Source: a virus (Duplodnaviria > Caudoviricetes). Taken from it: a stretch of 62,985 bases of DNA. The notes under the pieces are model-generated. The model was given only the letters and a program-made list of their open reading frames with translations, was not told the DNA's origin and did no database searches. The stretch spans positions 1 through 62,985 of IMG/VR virus record IMGVR_UViG_3300034137_000009. One strand, 5' to 3'. A program made the translations under genes and the position numbers. This document shows positions 43,495 through 56,000 of the stretch, in pieces (the stretch's first letter is position 1; each line of letters begins with the position of its first letter).

Positions 43495-46398
43495 TCAGCT
43501 CACCATCGTTACGCGCTTGCCCACCGGGTTCATCTTACCCAGGACTAGCGGAATAGAGAAGGACGACAGCAGAAAGCGGGTCGGATCGCCGGGGTTCGGG
43601 TCAGGATCACGGAACTCCACGATCTCACCGACCTCCAGCCACGGGAGCACGAGGGTCGACAGCGAAAGCTCGAACTCCTCAAGCGCGTGAATCTTCAGGA
43701 GTGAGTTAGCAACGTCGAGCGCCTGTGCCTGGGTCGTGATGAACGACGACGAGTACTCGTACACACGAGCACCGATCTTGTCAATCGAGGTAGGACTAGA
43801 GGCGCTAGTGTTCTTCGCCTCGGCGCTTACGGGGATGGTGTCAGACGACCCGCCAACGACGACGATGTGGTTGTAGAGACGTGCGTCACGTGTAGTCTTG
43901 GAGTAGGACTCTACGTTGCCATCACCGATAGAGGCCTTAGACCGCGACCTAGTCCTGGCAGCGGTGTAGAGTCCCGCCACGTCGGCATCGGTGAGCTGAC
44001 GGTTGTAGACCACCATCTCATCGTAGGCCGCACCCTTGTAGATATTCGAGTTTACCTGGCTGTTGTCCATAGCGTACAGGTAACCGCTGGTGTCAGCGCT
44101 GTAGAGAACGGTACCCGTCGGTACTGGATCACCGATGTTCCACCCACGAAGAGCGATAGTTCCGTTCGAGCGCTTGATGTTGATATTCCTGAAGTAGCCA
44201 TACCGCGTCTTGCTGGCCGCATCACCCTCACATGCGAGGTCGATGTTGTTGATGGTGCTACCTACGAGTCCCGCAAGACTAAGACGACGTGTTGCCCAGG
44301 CATTGACCGCGCCGGGCGGGGTGTCGTAAAAGGTAACACCGTTCTGATCCGAGGGATTTGGCACGCGGAGGGGGTTGGTAGAACTCTCGAGGTCAACGAA
44401 GTACTTGTCGGTCACATCATTGACGCGAATCTCATACTCGAGGTAGTCACCGGTCTGTACCGTGTAACCACCAATACCAAGACCCAGGTAGACGTACTTA
44501 TTAGTCACGGAGCCGTTGCTACCGGTTGTGGTAGAGAGCTGGAGCGCATTCACCCCGTGGTTCGACGGAAGGGCACCTACCGCACTGTCCGAGTACAGCG
44601 TTCCGTTGACGTAGCACTTGCCACGTCCGTTTGACTTGACGGCAAAGACAATGTGGACCCACTCGCCAGGCACGACAACCGGCCCATCCACGATGGAGGT
44701 CCAGCCGTCGTTCGGGGAGGCAAACAGGGCAATCTTGTTAACCATGCTGGCCGTCTGGGTGCCATTGGCAGTACCGAAGTGGTAAATGCAGTACGGTACG
44801 TTCGTCCAGCCGGGGTTGCCCTTGAAGAGGGGCTGAATCGCGTAGTCGGCCGGGGTAGGTCCGGGCCTGTACCACATCTCGATAGTGTACTCGGTCAGAG
44901 CAAGACGCGGGTCGTTCTGGACTACGAACAGATTGTTGGTGTTGAGCGACTCTACCGCCGTGTTACCGCTACCCGTCTCGGCTAGCGCACCGGCAACACC
45001 CATTCTCAGGCTAGATGGCGACTGGTAGACCCCGTCCACGCCGCGAAGGGATGAGTCACGAAGTACCGTACTGCCCTGTGACTCACCAAACCGCCAGTAG
45101 GCGAGCGGACGCAGGTCCATCACGGCCTCGGGGTACGCAGAGGTGGTGTAGACCGAGGAACCGGCCTCAAAGGTGAACACCGTGGGGCTCGTAGACGGGT
45201 CCCTGTATTCCTGCAGACGCATATACCCCTGGCCGTCAAAGAAGATCTCGTAACCGTACGCGGTAGCGATGTCGTTGCACGCATCCCAGCGCGGGGCACC
45301 ACGGTCGAAGCTGAACTCACGCTGGATCGTCTTGCCGGTGACCGGAAAGATAAACTTCGTGATCCCCGCGTTGAGTGCGATCGTACGGATGAGACCCTCG
45401 ACCGACTGCCCCGAGGTGAACGTCGTGTTTTGGGTGAACTTGCTAGTAAGCAGCTTCTTGGCGTAGTCACGTCCGGTGATCTGTACCGTGCCAGGGAAGT
45501 CCTGCGTTGTGATCTGGTCGATCATGAACTCGCCGACCTGCGTCTCCCAGCTCAGGTCCTGACCGCGAACGAACAGCCATTTGACGCCGTTGTTAATGAG
45601 AATACGTGCCTGTGTACCGGTCAGTCCAAAGTCATGAATGTGGACCCAGTGAGCCCCGTTGCCGTTCGGGTTTTCCTCAGCAAGGGCAGTGAATGCACTT
45701 GCATCATTTGAGAGTCTAGCAATAGGAACCGCTGTGCTGCGGTAGGAAGTTGGCACCGTACCGGAATCTGAGGAAAGCGTTTCCGTAGTCCAGCCGGCAG
45801 CGACCGGGTGGTTAGCCCCGGTTGGGGCGATGCTGTAACCAGTCTGCGTTCTAGTTGTACCGATGAGTGGGACGCTTGAGCTGGTGTTATCGTTGCCACT
45901 CGTAAACACCGAGATACCCGCATTGTAGCAGGCAACGGCAAGGGAACCCTTAGTAAGTGTGACACCACCACCGTCAAAGACTACGATGTCATAACCGTAG
46001 CACTGCTCGACGGTTGTAACAGAAGTCATAATCTTGACATTGGTGTAGCCCAGCGCCTGGATAGCGCCAACAAGTCCGGCACTACCACTCCACTCGACTA
46101 CCAAGATGCGTGGCTGACGCTTGACCCCTCGGTAGTTGATGCCACGGTAGGGCTTGATCACCTTGTCGTACCAGAACCCGCCCGGGTAGTTGTCCAGGCG
46201 GCCCGACAGGTTCTCGAGCGTGAGGTCGATGGCACGACGCTCGGAACGCCCCTGGTCGACGGAGACAGAACCGGCCGTCAGCGGTGCATCCCGCATCCAG
46301 ATGGTCGTACCATCTGACTCGTAGATGTCCACACGAGCGGTCGTGTAGGTAACCGCCGCCTCGACGGCCTCGGCGATGTGCAGGGGCGGGTTCGGCAC
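43495..46398 (-). CDS. minor tail (hub-like) protein with inserted LamG/ConA-type domain
   Basis: PLAYWRFGE, TIEMWYR, WVHIV..YVNG, DEMVVYNRQL. Confidence 0.8.
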   Translation of the reverse strand: MPNPPLHIAEAVEAAVTYTTARVDIYESDGTTIWMRDAPLTAGSVSVDQGRSERRAIDLTLENLSGRLDNYPGGFWYDKVIKPYRGINYRGVKRQPRILVVEWSGSAGLVGAIQALGYTNVKIMTSVTTVEQCYGYDIVVFDGGGVTLTKGSLAVACYNAGISVFTSGNDNTSSSVPLIGTTRTQTGYSIAPTGANHPVAAGWTTETLSSDSGTVPTSYRSTAVPIARLSNDASAFTALAEENPNGNGAHWVHIHDFGLTGTQARILINNGVKWLFVRGQDLSWETQVGEFMIDQITTQDFPGTVQITGRDYAKKLLTSKFTQNTTFTSGQSVEGLIRTIALNAGITKFIFPVTGKTIQREFSFDRGAPRWDACNDIATAYGYEIFFDGQGYMRLQEYRDPSTSPTVFTFEAGSSVYTTSAYPEAVMDLRPLAYWRFGESQGSTVLRDSSLRGVDGVYQSPSSLRMGVAGALAETGSGNTAVESLNTNNLFVVQNDPRLALTEYTIEMWYRPGPTPADYAIQPLFKGNPGWTNVPYCIYHFGTANGTQTASMVNKIALFASPNDGWTSIVDGPVVVPGEWVHIVFAVKSNGRGKCYVNGTLYSDSAVGALPSNHGVNALQLSTTTGSNGSVTNKYVYLGLGIGGYTVQTGDYLEYEIRVNDVTDKYFVDLESSTNPLRVPNPSDQNGVTFYDTPPGAVNAWATRRLSLAGLVGSTINNIDLACEGDAASKTRYGYFRNINIKRSNGTIALRGWNIGDPVPTGTVLYSADTSGYLYAMDNSQVNSNIYKGAAYDEMVVYNRQLTDADVAGLYTAARTRSRSKASIGDGNVESYSKTTRDARLYNHIVVVGGSSDTIPVSAEAKNTSASSPTSIDKIGARVYEYSSSFITTQAQALDVANSLLKIHALEEFELSLSTLVLPWLEVGEIVEFRDPDPNPGDPTRFLLSSFSIPLVLGKMNPVGKRVTMVS

Positions 46399-49300
46399 TA
46401 CACGACCTCCTCGTAGGTGAAGCTCACCTTAGCGTGCTCGATGCCACCGGTACCGGCCATGCGCTCGGTCGACACGTTACCGAGGCTGATGAGCCAGTAG
46501 TCACGGAACGGAGACCGGAGGTAGTAAGCCTCACGGCTAGCCTTAATCGTCTCAAGCTCGCCGCGCTGAGTAGCAGCGGTGCGTCCATTAAGAGACTCGT
46601 GGATCGACGCGCTGATCGAACCGGACACACCCAGGTGGGTGCCGTAGTCCTTCTTGCGACCGCGACCGATGATGTTGAAGGTCTCCTCCTGGTACTCGTC
46701 TGTGAACGAGTCGGAAGTAACGTGGTCGAGGCGGTACACGCGGGCGGCGTCGTCGGGGTGAATCAGCCAGTAGTACTGCGTGTAGAGGACAGGCGTAGTC
46801 TGCGGCACCTTGTTGCCCTCCAGCGTGGCACCGAACCTCACGACCTCCTGCACCACGGCGTACTCGTAGGCTACCCCACTTGCGGGGTAGTAGTCGTCGA
46901 AGGTGTAGTTCGGCAGATCGAGGCGGTTCTCGTACACCAGACCCCAGACCCCGCCCACGCGACGACGGTACACCAACCAGCCGGTCCACTCCGTCTCGCG
47001 GGTGCCGTTCGTCCAGGTGATGCGAACCCGACCGAGATCGTTGAAGTTGGCTGCGTTGACGGTGAACGAACCTGCAGTCGGAATAGCGAAGGTAGTGGTG
47101 AAGGTGTTGGTTGCAGTCGACGAAAGCGCACCGGTGTCGCTGACCGTGACCTGCACCGTGTAGACTGTGTTGTTGACGAGGACGGTACCGCTGGGCGTGT
47201 ATGAGGTAGCCGCACTCGCTACGACGCCGGTGTCGTGAACAACGGTACTGCCGGCCCTGATCACCACACGGTAGTTGGCCTGTGCGCGGGTACCTGCGTA
47301 GGTCCAGCTAACGGTAGGCTGTCCGGACTGGATGGTCGAGGCATCGGCAGGTGCCGTGATGGCAACAGTCGGCGCGTCGTCGATGATGAAGGTCTGGTAT
47401 GCGGAGTACGCACCAAGGACATCATCGGAATCATAGAGTCGAACGCGCCAGCGCAGCAGTACACCCTTGTACTGGCTGGCGATAACGAACGTGTAGCCCT
47501 GGGCCGCGCCAGCCTGCTTGCCGGTGTCGTAGAGGACAACACCGTCGGAGTTGCGCTCGACCGTAGCCTGGAATGCAGTCTGCACATCGGTGGGCGACGT
47601 GTCACTGAAGTTCCAGTTTGTCGTCATGTTACCAGTAGTGCCGAACTGACGGATTGCACCACCCGTCGGGGTGAGGTTGATCGCCGTTGGCGGGTGGCTG
47701 ACGGTGAAGGTGTTGGTAGCCGTGTAGTCAGAGTACTGACCACCGCTCGTGTTGAGCGCACGGGCCCTGATGTACCACGTACCCTGGAACAGCTCGGCCG
47801 CACCGGAAACTGCCTCAGTGGTCGCACCGGAGACACGTGCGTCGCCGCCCGGCTCGAGAATGGTACGGAGGTTGGAGGTGAACGCCGCGTCGCGTGCGAT
47901 CTGGAACTCAGCACGCTGCGTGCTCTGTCCCGTACCCGATCCGGTAACGAGTATCAGACCAAGCGTCGGAAGGTCGGTGGTTACCGTCGCACCGGTCGTG
48001 GGGGTAAGGGTCGTGGGGGTCGGAGGAGTCGTGTAGAAGATCCTGTCAGGGGCGTATGAACCCTGAAGAGATGCATCCTTAGTCGCTACACTCCATACCC
48101 CACGTACGCCCCTCTCAAAGGCATTCGCGGGGATCGAAACGGAGGCCGCGGCACTCGTGATGAAGGTCTCTGTGGTAACAAAGATGCTACCGTTCCACCA
48201 GTACGGGGTTCCGGACACGGTGTAGCGCAGAGCGTATGCTGTCTGCGCGTCACCCTGCGGGTCGCTGTGCGTCCACGAGAACGTGTTGGCAACACGTGTG
48301 TCGAGTCCCGCACCATCTGCCGGTGCACCGAGAGTAGGTGCGTTCGGAGCCGAGTTGGAGTTGATGGCCTGGTCGGCAGCATAGGGACCGGTAAGACCAC
48401 CGGCATCCCTGGTAGAGACACTCCACACGTAGGAGCCGCCAGGCCACTTCCCGGCGGGGAAGGTGTATGCCGGGGTGGTGCTCGTGTTGTAGACCTCCGT
48501 CGACTGCCATGAGGCCGTAGTGACATTGTAGTACTCGTACGCACCGGCACCGAGCTTGCGACGGAAAGAGAACGCAGACTGCGTGTCGCCAGCGTCGGGG
48601 TCGCTCAGCGTCCAGGACGCGGTAAAGCCGTTGTTGTACGTGCCTGTCGAGTTAGCAGCGGGGGTGAGGTTGGTCGGTGCGTTCGGAGCCGTGTTGTTGG
48701 GCGGAATCGCCAGGGTGTACGTGTCGAAGGAGGTTCCGACGTAGGGAGTCGTAGCCGTTGAGTCAACGGGAACATTTCCACCGGGGAAGTTGGTCGTTGC
48801 GCGAAGGGGACCAACCTGCCCGGCCACGTTGTTGACGCCGCGATTGTGACCGTGTGGGAGTACCGGAGTAGATGTAGGCAGAGCCCCTAAAATCGCCGTA
48901 CTACCACTGAAGCTAGCAAAGGTACCAAGAAAGCGCACCAAAACACTGTCAGCTGGTACACCGGTCAGTGCTGGGAAGGCAACCTGTCCATTTGCATATG
49001 GGGTGTCGCGGTTAGCGGCAAGCCTGATAGCCGAGATGGGGGGAGGATTAGTAATAGCGATCACGGCACCCTGCGAACTTCCAGAGTTTGGTGCCGTAAG
49101 GGTTTCAGTAGCGCTCTGTGCAATCCTAGCAAGAATAAGCTCTAGATCGGTGCCAAGAAGACGACGTTCGAGCTCGGTCCAACCGGCCGGGGTTGCACCA
49201 GCGCCGGCCGAATCGAGAAGTAGGTGTGCAATGAGAAGCGTACCTTCATCGTGCGGGGGCATACCTGTGTCATTGTACTGGGCACCGATATTAGGTGCAG

Positions 49301-50039
49301 ACTCTGTAGCGGCCGGTCCCTCAGTGGCGTTAAATGCCAGGGTACCGCCACCCCAAAGAAGTCCCCGAGCGCCACGCGGTGCGGGACTTGCGTTTTGGGC
49401 CGCCTTAAAGACAATCTGCCCGGTTGCGGCGTTGCCACCCGTGCCCATAGAAAACGTTGTTGCCATTGTGGTGCTGCCGGTACCGGTCACAGCACGAGTT
49501 GCAAATCCAGTTCCCATATTTGCACTACCACCAACACCACCGGCAGTTCCACGGTAGGTGGCGGGAGCGTTAGCACCATTCGGACCAGGACCGGTCTGCG
49601 AAGCACTACTCTGTGCGTTAAAAGCGTGGACAATTCCTGGACCGGTAAAGGTCTGCGATGGTGCGGTCCCTGAGCCGCCGCTAACCGCAAAGGGTACAAG
49701 AACGGGATTGGTCTGGTCGATACCCGCGTACGCAACCATTGTACCTATTGGGTAGCACTGGCTACCCTGACCCGTCACTACAAAACTGTGCAGAGTACCC
49801 GGCGTGTCCGAGGCAGTTGCAATCTTGTAGGCACAGTAAAGTGGACCGGGACCGGTACCGACCTTAACCCACCCAGCGGGGGTTGTAAAGTCACCATTCT
49901 GCCCGAAGGCAATGCTGTTGTATGTGGCGAACGTAACGACTAGCAGATCACCAGGCCGCACATTGGCCGGAACGTAAGCATCCAGCTGTGTACCGACGTA
50001 ACTGTGTCCGTTGTCGCGCCCCGCGTAGTGAGCAGTCAT
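46398..50039 (-). CDS. large minor tail protein with FN3/Ig-like repeats
   Basis: Repeated APNAPT..P...W..SD..GD.Q.A units; follows the tape measure. Confidence 0.8.
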   Translation of the reverse strand: MTAHYAGRDNGHSYVGTQLDAYVPANVRPGDLLVVTFATYNSIAFGQNGDFTTPAGWVKVGTGPGPLYCAYKIATASDTPGTLHSFVVTGQGSQCYPIGTMVAYAGIDQTNPVLVPFAVSGGSGTAPSQTFTGPGIVHAFNAQSSASQTGPGPNGANAPATYRGTAGGVGGSANMGTGFATRAVTGTGSTTMATTFSMGTGGNAATGQIVFKAAQNASPAPRGARGLLWGGGTLAFNATEGPAATESAPNIGAQYNDTGMPPHDEGTLLIAHLLLDSAGAGATPAGWTELERRLLGTDLELILARIAQSATETLTAPNSGSSQGAVIAITNPPPISAIRLAANRDTPYANGQVAFPALTGVPADSVLVRFLGTFASFSGSTAILGALPTSTPVLPHGHNRGVNNVAGQVGPLRATTNFPGGNVPVDSTATTPYVGTSFDTYTLAIPPNNTAPNAPTNLTPAANSTGTYNNGFTASWTLSDPDAGDTQSAFSFRRKLGAGAYEYYNVTTASWQSTEVYNTSTTPAYTFPAGKWPGGSYVWSVSTRDAGGLTGPYAADQAINSNSAPNAPTLGAPADGAGLDTRVANTFSWTHSDPQGDAQTAYALRYTVSGTPYWWNGSIFVTTETFITSAAASVSIPANAFERGVRGVWSVATKDASLQGSYAPDRIFYTTPPTPTTLTPTTGATVTTDLPTLGLILVTGSGTGQSTQRAEFQIARDAAFTSNLRTILEPGGDARVSGATTEAVSGAAELFQGTWYIRARALNTSGGQYSDYTATNTFTVSHPPTAINLTPTGGAIRQFGTTGNMTTNWNFSDTSPTDVQTAFQATVERNSDGVVLYDTGKQAGAAQGYTFVIASQYKGVLLRWRVRLYDSDDVLGAYSAYQTFIIDDAPTVAITAPADASTIQSGQPTVSWTYAGTRAQANYRVVIRAGSTVVHDTGVVASAATSYTPSGTVLVNNTVYTVQVTVSDTGALSSTATNTFTTTFAIPTAGSFTVNAANFNDLGRVRITWTNGTRETEWTGWLVYRRRVGGVWGLVYENRLDLPNYTFDDYYPASGVAYEYAVVQEVVRFGATLEGNKVPQTTPVLYTQYYWLIHPDDAARVYRLDHVTSDSFTDEYQEETFNIIGRGRKKDYGTHLGVSGSISASIHESLNGRTAATQRGELETIKASREAYYLRSPFRDYWLISLGNVSTERMAGTGGIEHAKVSFTYEEVV

Positions 50040-50041
50040 GT

Positions 50042-53000
50042 CTAACCCGCCAGGTTCTCGAGGTTGCGGAGGAACGCCTCGGCATCGTCACCGGACTTGA
50101 TGTTCGGCAGAACCAGATCGCCGTTGATGTTGATGGTACGCGCTCCGTTGCTCTGGTTGGCCGGGACGGGTGCCTGCTGGGTCACCGACGCTACACGACC
50201 GGCCGCCGATGCGACGAGCCCCGTGGCGGCCCCTCCACCGCCCGTGGGGAGGTTCTCGATGCGGTTGACGGTGATGCCACGGTCGAGGGATTCCTTTACC
50301 CCGGCGGTGACGGTAGCGATAGCACGGAAGCCGTCGTCGAGACGCCCGAAGAACTGCGTAAGCGGGACGACGGCCTCGGGACCACGCTCACCGATGATGG
50401 CGTTGGTGGCGTTGTTCACGATGCCACCCTTCGCCATCTTCAGCGTAAGGCCGTACATGTCGGCGTACGCGAGCTGGCGCGGCGTCAGCTGCGAGCTCGA
50501 CATGTGCTGGATGAGCCAGTCATTCTCCGGCGTCTGCTTCGGCAGCGGGTGCGCAGCGATAGACTTCTCGAGCGCAATTGCAGCCGGGTTAACGAAGGCC
50601 GCCAGCGCGTCGGCACCGGGCGCCTTGCCGTTACCGAACGCGGTAGAGCCCGTAGCGGACTCGGTGGCGGGAACGTCCGGCGCACTGGTAGCGGCGGCCT
50701 GCGCCTGGGCGATAGCATCCGCATTAGCCTGGGCAGCAGCCGCAGCTGCACCGGCAGCGGCCGCAGCGTTGTTTGCAGCCTCAAGTGCCTGGTTCGCCGT
50801 CTCCTGTGCGCTAGCGACCTGGGTACGCAGCTCATCGAGGACACCACCGATAGACTCGGCAAGGGACGCGATAGCCTCGACCAGGGTCTGCGTGTCCTCA
50901 CGACGGTTCACGTCGTGGTCGGTCAGTAGATCGGTGAGGGAAGTCTGCGCCTCGACGAGGGCGCTAGCCTCCGTAGCCCAGTTCTCGACAACGGCCGCGT
51001 GGTTGGCGGTCAGCAGCTCGATGAGCGCGGTGTTAGCGTCCGTGTCGAATATAAGCCGTGCATCGTAGAGCTCCTGTGCCTTCGCGAGGCCCTCGGTGTG
51101 GAGCGTAGTAAGCTGCTCACCCAGGGTCGCCGTCTGTGCCGTGATGGCGTCGACGATACCGCTGTTACCGAGCGTGATGCCCCCGATGATCTGTCCGGCC
51201 GTGGTGCGCTCACCCTCGAGCCACATCGTCTCCCAGCGGGCCGCACGGAGCGCGCTGTCGAGGTTGAGCTGGTTGACCGCCGAGGCGGTAGACGTAAGCG
51301 CGTCCATGAGGGGGCCGAGGGGCATAACCGCCTCGGGACCGGCCTCACCGATCACCGCAGTCGTTGCACGACGGACGATACCACCCTCGGCGAGCATCGG
51401 CATCCTGGTCGGGACAACACCACCCTCGGCAAGGGCCGCGTGAACGTGGTTCCAGTGGTTGCCGGGCTCACCGGGACGACCCCAGGCGTAGCCGGGAACC
51501 TGGCGACCGTTCTTGATGTTGAAGGGGGCACCCGCGAGGATAACCTCCTTCAGACTACCGGCAATCGGCATGAGGGCGTTGAAGATGGCACGCAGGCCAG
51601 AGTTGCCGAATCCCTGGTTCTTGTGAACGGCGGGACCACCGTGGGGCTGGTAGTCAACAGCGCGACCGGTCTGGTGGTAGGAGCCACCGTCACCGGGACG
51701 CACGGTAGAGGTAATGACCTTGTCGAGGCCGGGGGCGTTCGCGTTGAGCCAGTTGTCGATACCCCTCCACCCGGAACCGGCCGGAGCGCCGTTACCAGGG
51801 GAGAGAGCGGGACCGGAAGAACCAGCGGCGGCAGCTGCCGCACGAGCCTCGGCCTCAGCCTTCTTGTCGTACTTGTCGGACTCGCCCTTGGCCCAGTTGT
51901 AGAAGGCGTTCTTGCGGTTGTTAGCGATCTCACGAACCGGACCGCGAAGATCGGTCGCGTCCATCGCCAGGTCGTAACCCTTGAGGAACGGCGCCAGCGC
52001 GGCCATGACCGCACCCTTCTGAATCGCGCTACCGACCGCCGCGACACCAGATGCAACCGCCCCGGCGGCGTCCTTAACGGCCCCCCCGACGCTACCGGCA
52101 GCGTCCCTGGCCTTGTCGAGGATGCCACCGTTCTCGTACTGCGGGACGTTGAGTCCGAGGTCCTTAGTCAGCTGGGCGTGCAGCTGGGTAGCCCGACCCC
52201 GGAAGCGCGGGTCGGTCGGCACAACGTACTCTGGGTGGCTAGAGCTTCCCTCACCGACGATGGCACGAGCGCCCTTGGTCTTGAAGCCAGCACCAACCGT
52301 GGTCTGCGGAACGTAACCACCGACGGCCAGCTGCGGAATCTGCGGGATGAGGTCGATCTTGAGGCCGATGCCGAGCTTGGACCCGACCGCGTTAAGGCCC
52401 TTGAACAGCGTGTTGATCGCGCTGGTGACCGCGTTAATACCACCGATGATCTTGTTAATACCGCCCTTGCCGTACTGATCCCACAGGGAACCAAGGCCGC
52501 TCATGAAGGCCTTCCAGGCGGGCTGAACAACCTTGTCCCAGAGGAACGTGAACGAGTTGCCAAGAATAGTAAGTGCGGTACCGATTCCGTCGAGAACCGG
52601 CTTACCGAGGGACCTCCACGCCGTGCCGAGGTAGCCCGTGAACCTGTCCCACAACGGCTTGATAACGAGAGCGTAAACATCCTCGAATGCCTGACCGAGA
52701 ACCTTGAGGGCAACACCGATACCGTCGAGGACCTCCTTGCCAAACTTCCATCCGGCCTTGAGTCCACCGGTGAAGGCGTTCCATGCCGGGCTGATCACCT
52801 TCGTCCAGATGAGCTCGAAACCCTCACCCATGATCTTGAGGGCACCCACGATGGCGATGAGCAAGACCAGGCCCACCGTCTCCCATACCCGCTTGACGGT
52901 GCCCCACCACAGGTTCCAGACCGGCTCGACAACCTTCTCCCAGACCCACTTGACGGCGGTGCCGAGGGCCTCGAACAGGGTGCCGATGGCGGAGAACAGC

Positions 53001-56000
53001 GGCTTGAGAACGGTGTTATAGATGAACTCGAACGTAGCACCCATCGCCTTGAAGGTTGCGACGATAAGGTCGAAGATCGGGCTTGCGACGTTCTCCCACA
53101 GGAACTTAACGACGGCCCACAGGGCCTTGAACACGCCCTCGATAATCCCACCGAAGAACTTGAAGATGCCGATTACCACGTTGAGCACGGCCTGGATGGG
53201 ACCGGGCATCGCGTCATAGAAGTCCTGAGAGATGTCCTTGACGCCACCCCAGATGCCCTTGATTGCTGCCCAGATGAGAACACCGGCGGCCTTGATGATG
53301 TCCCAGATGCCCTTGAACAGACCCTCGACAATCCCCCACAGGATCTTGGGCACGTTCTCAAAGATGTTCTTGACCTGGTCCCACATCGCCTTGACGATGG
53401 TGACCACGCCGTCCTTGATCATAGCAAAGTCGCCGGTGAAGATGCCGATGAGCACCTGAACGACACCGCGCACCATGTCGATGAAGTTGGCGAACGACTT
53501 AATGACAAAGTCGAGCACCGGGCCGAGCGTCTCAGCAAGCACGGAAGAAATCAGCTTGAGCGCCGCGAGGAGCGGCACAGCAATCACCGCAACGATGATC
53601 TTGAGAACATTCCACAGCGCCTCGAGTGCGGGCATGATCAGCGGGAAGAATGCCGACACCGCCGGACCAAGCTCAGTCCACGCGGTCTTGAACGCCGTGA
53701 GGACGGCTCCCCAGATTGCCTTGAAATCCTCGGCGAAGAAGCCGTAGATCGCCTTGAGCCCACCCCAGAAAGCGTTGACCCCCACCATGATGCCAGACCA
53801 CATGGAGGAGAAGAATCCACCGACGGGGGCGAATGTCTCGGACAGCCAGGTGCCAGCAACGGCGGCACCACCGAACGGGTTACCCCCAGTGAACAGCTCC
53901 TTGACCGAGGTCCAGATCGGAATGACGTACGGGCCGACGTTGTCCTTGATCCAGGTCCAGGTCTTGCGCCACATGTCCTTGATCGGACCGAACATGTCAA
54001 ACTGGCCGAGCATCCCAGCGGTGTCGAGCGCGATACCCTTGGTGAATTCGTCGATAGCCTTTGACTGGTCCTCCAGGAGCGGACGACCGGGCAGCGCCTC
54101 ACGACCGATCTGCGCGTTACCGCCGACCTCCGGGAAGTTACCACCCTCAGCGTCCATGAAGTTCTGCTCAGCCGGACTAGGCTTCGGACCCTTTGCCGCA
54201 GCCGCAGCGGTGTTGATGTCAGCCGCAGTAGAGTTCATGCTACGGAGGGCGGCCTCCACCTCGCGAATAGCGTCGGCGACCTCCTCGTAGGACTGCTTGA
54301 CCTTATCAAGCTTCGCCTGCTCAGCATCGTACTGGGCCTGCACGGCGTCGCGGGCGATCTCCGCCTTCTTGATAGCCGCCTCCTGCGCCTCGACGGCTGC
54401 GGTAGCCGCAGCAATCTTCGGCGTGAGGGCGTCCATCGCGGCCTGCTCGGTCTTGATCCCGGCCACGATGGTGTCGAAGGACATCTCCTTCTGCGTGTTG
54501 GTGAGCTTCTCGATCTCGTGGAGGGCAGGGCCGAACTCGATGTCGTACTTGAGCTGCATAATCTCGCCCTGCGTCTGCAGCTTAGCGAGTGCGGCCTCAA
54601 GCTCGTCAATCTTCGCCTTCTCGCGGTCGTACGCCGCGTTAGCCGCATCACGAGTAGCGGCGGCCTCCTTGACGACGGCCTCCTGCCTACGAACCGCCGC
54701 CTCAGCCTGGTTGTAGGAAGGCGTGAGCTGGTCGATTGCCGCCTTCTCACGGTTGATCCCGGCAATGATCTCATCGAACGGCAGCTCGTTCTTCGCGTTA
54801 GCCAGTTCCTCGATCTGCCGCGTCAGCGGGTCGAAGTTGATCGAGTTTTCGAGATCGAGTCGCTCGCCCTCGCGGGCCAGCGCGTCGAGCTCCTTCTGCA
54901 GCTTCGCAATGCCGGTCTGGTCCATGGACGCCTCGAGCTGTGCCCGCTGCTTCTCCATGGCATTGAGGTTGTCCATCATCGGACCGGTGATGTCGCTGCC
55001 CGCGCCGGCCAGACGAAGGTCGGAGATCTCGGACTGCCCACGCTCGATGTCGCCCTGAAGCTCGCCGAGCTTCTTGCGGACATCGTCGATAGAACCGCCC
55101 GCGTCCTCCATCTTCATCATCTCGAGGCGAAGACGCTTCTGTGCCATCTGGTTCTCGAAGATCGCATCGGACATGGCCCCCATGCCCTTGATGGGCGTAG
55201 AGGCGTAGTCCTGCATGGCCTGCTTGTGGGCGTCGATCTCACCCCTGATGTCGGAAAGCTTAGCTTCGAGCTGGTCGAGGGTGTTCTTCTCCCTGTCGTA
55301 TGCTGCGGCGGCGGCATCGGCAGCGGCCTTGCTAGCCGCCCCCGTCTGGAGGATCTGCAGACGGAGCTTCTTCTGTGCTAGGTCGTTAGCAAAGATCGCG
55401 TCCTGCTGCTTGCCCATACCGATCAGCGGGGCAGTCGCATACGCCTCGAGCTTGTCCTTGTGTCCATCGTACTGTGCCTGCAGATCCTGCAGGTGGTCAC
55501 GAAGTCCGTCGAGAATAGCGTTCTGCTTGTCGAGTGAGGCGTTCGCCTCATCGAGACGGGCCTTCCAGCGGGCGACAACACGCTCCTGGCCCTGTACCAC
55601 GGCGTTCTGCCTAGCGAGCTCGGCGTTGAGCCCGCTCAGGTCACTGACAAGAGCATCGAACACCGGGAGGGCCGCGGGCTTGGCCTTCTTGACCTCCTCG
55701 CGCTCCTTGTTCCACTCACCGCCGCCCATGGAGGCGGCCATCTTCTTGTACGCAGCGAGATCACTCTTAGCCTTGGCCAGGATGCCGCCTGTGTTGCGCG
55801 CCATGAGCGCGTACTGCCCCGTGACAGCCGCCATACCGTTGGTGACATTCTCAACCAACGAGGGGCTGTGGTGTGCGAACGGGTTGAAGTAGCTGAACAT
55901 GTCGTAGACCGCAAGTGCGGCCTGACGAACGATGTCGACTACCGCCTGGAAGGCGTTGCGGACACCGAGGGGCAGCATGTTGAAGGACTTGATGATAGCG

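Noticed and set aside
50999-54064. 1021-aa + strand ORF and other long antisense or alternative-frame ORFs (e.g. 668-1879, 5001-6140, 12638-13576, 59787-61166)
   Set aside because: Shadow frames of codon-biased GC-rich genes; no RBS or recognisable motifs
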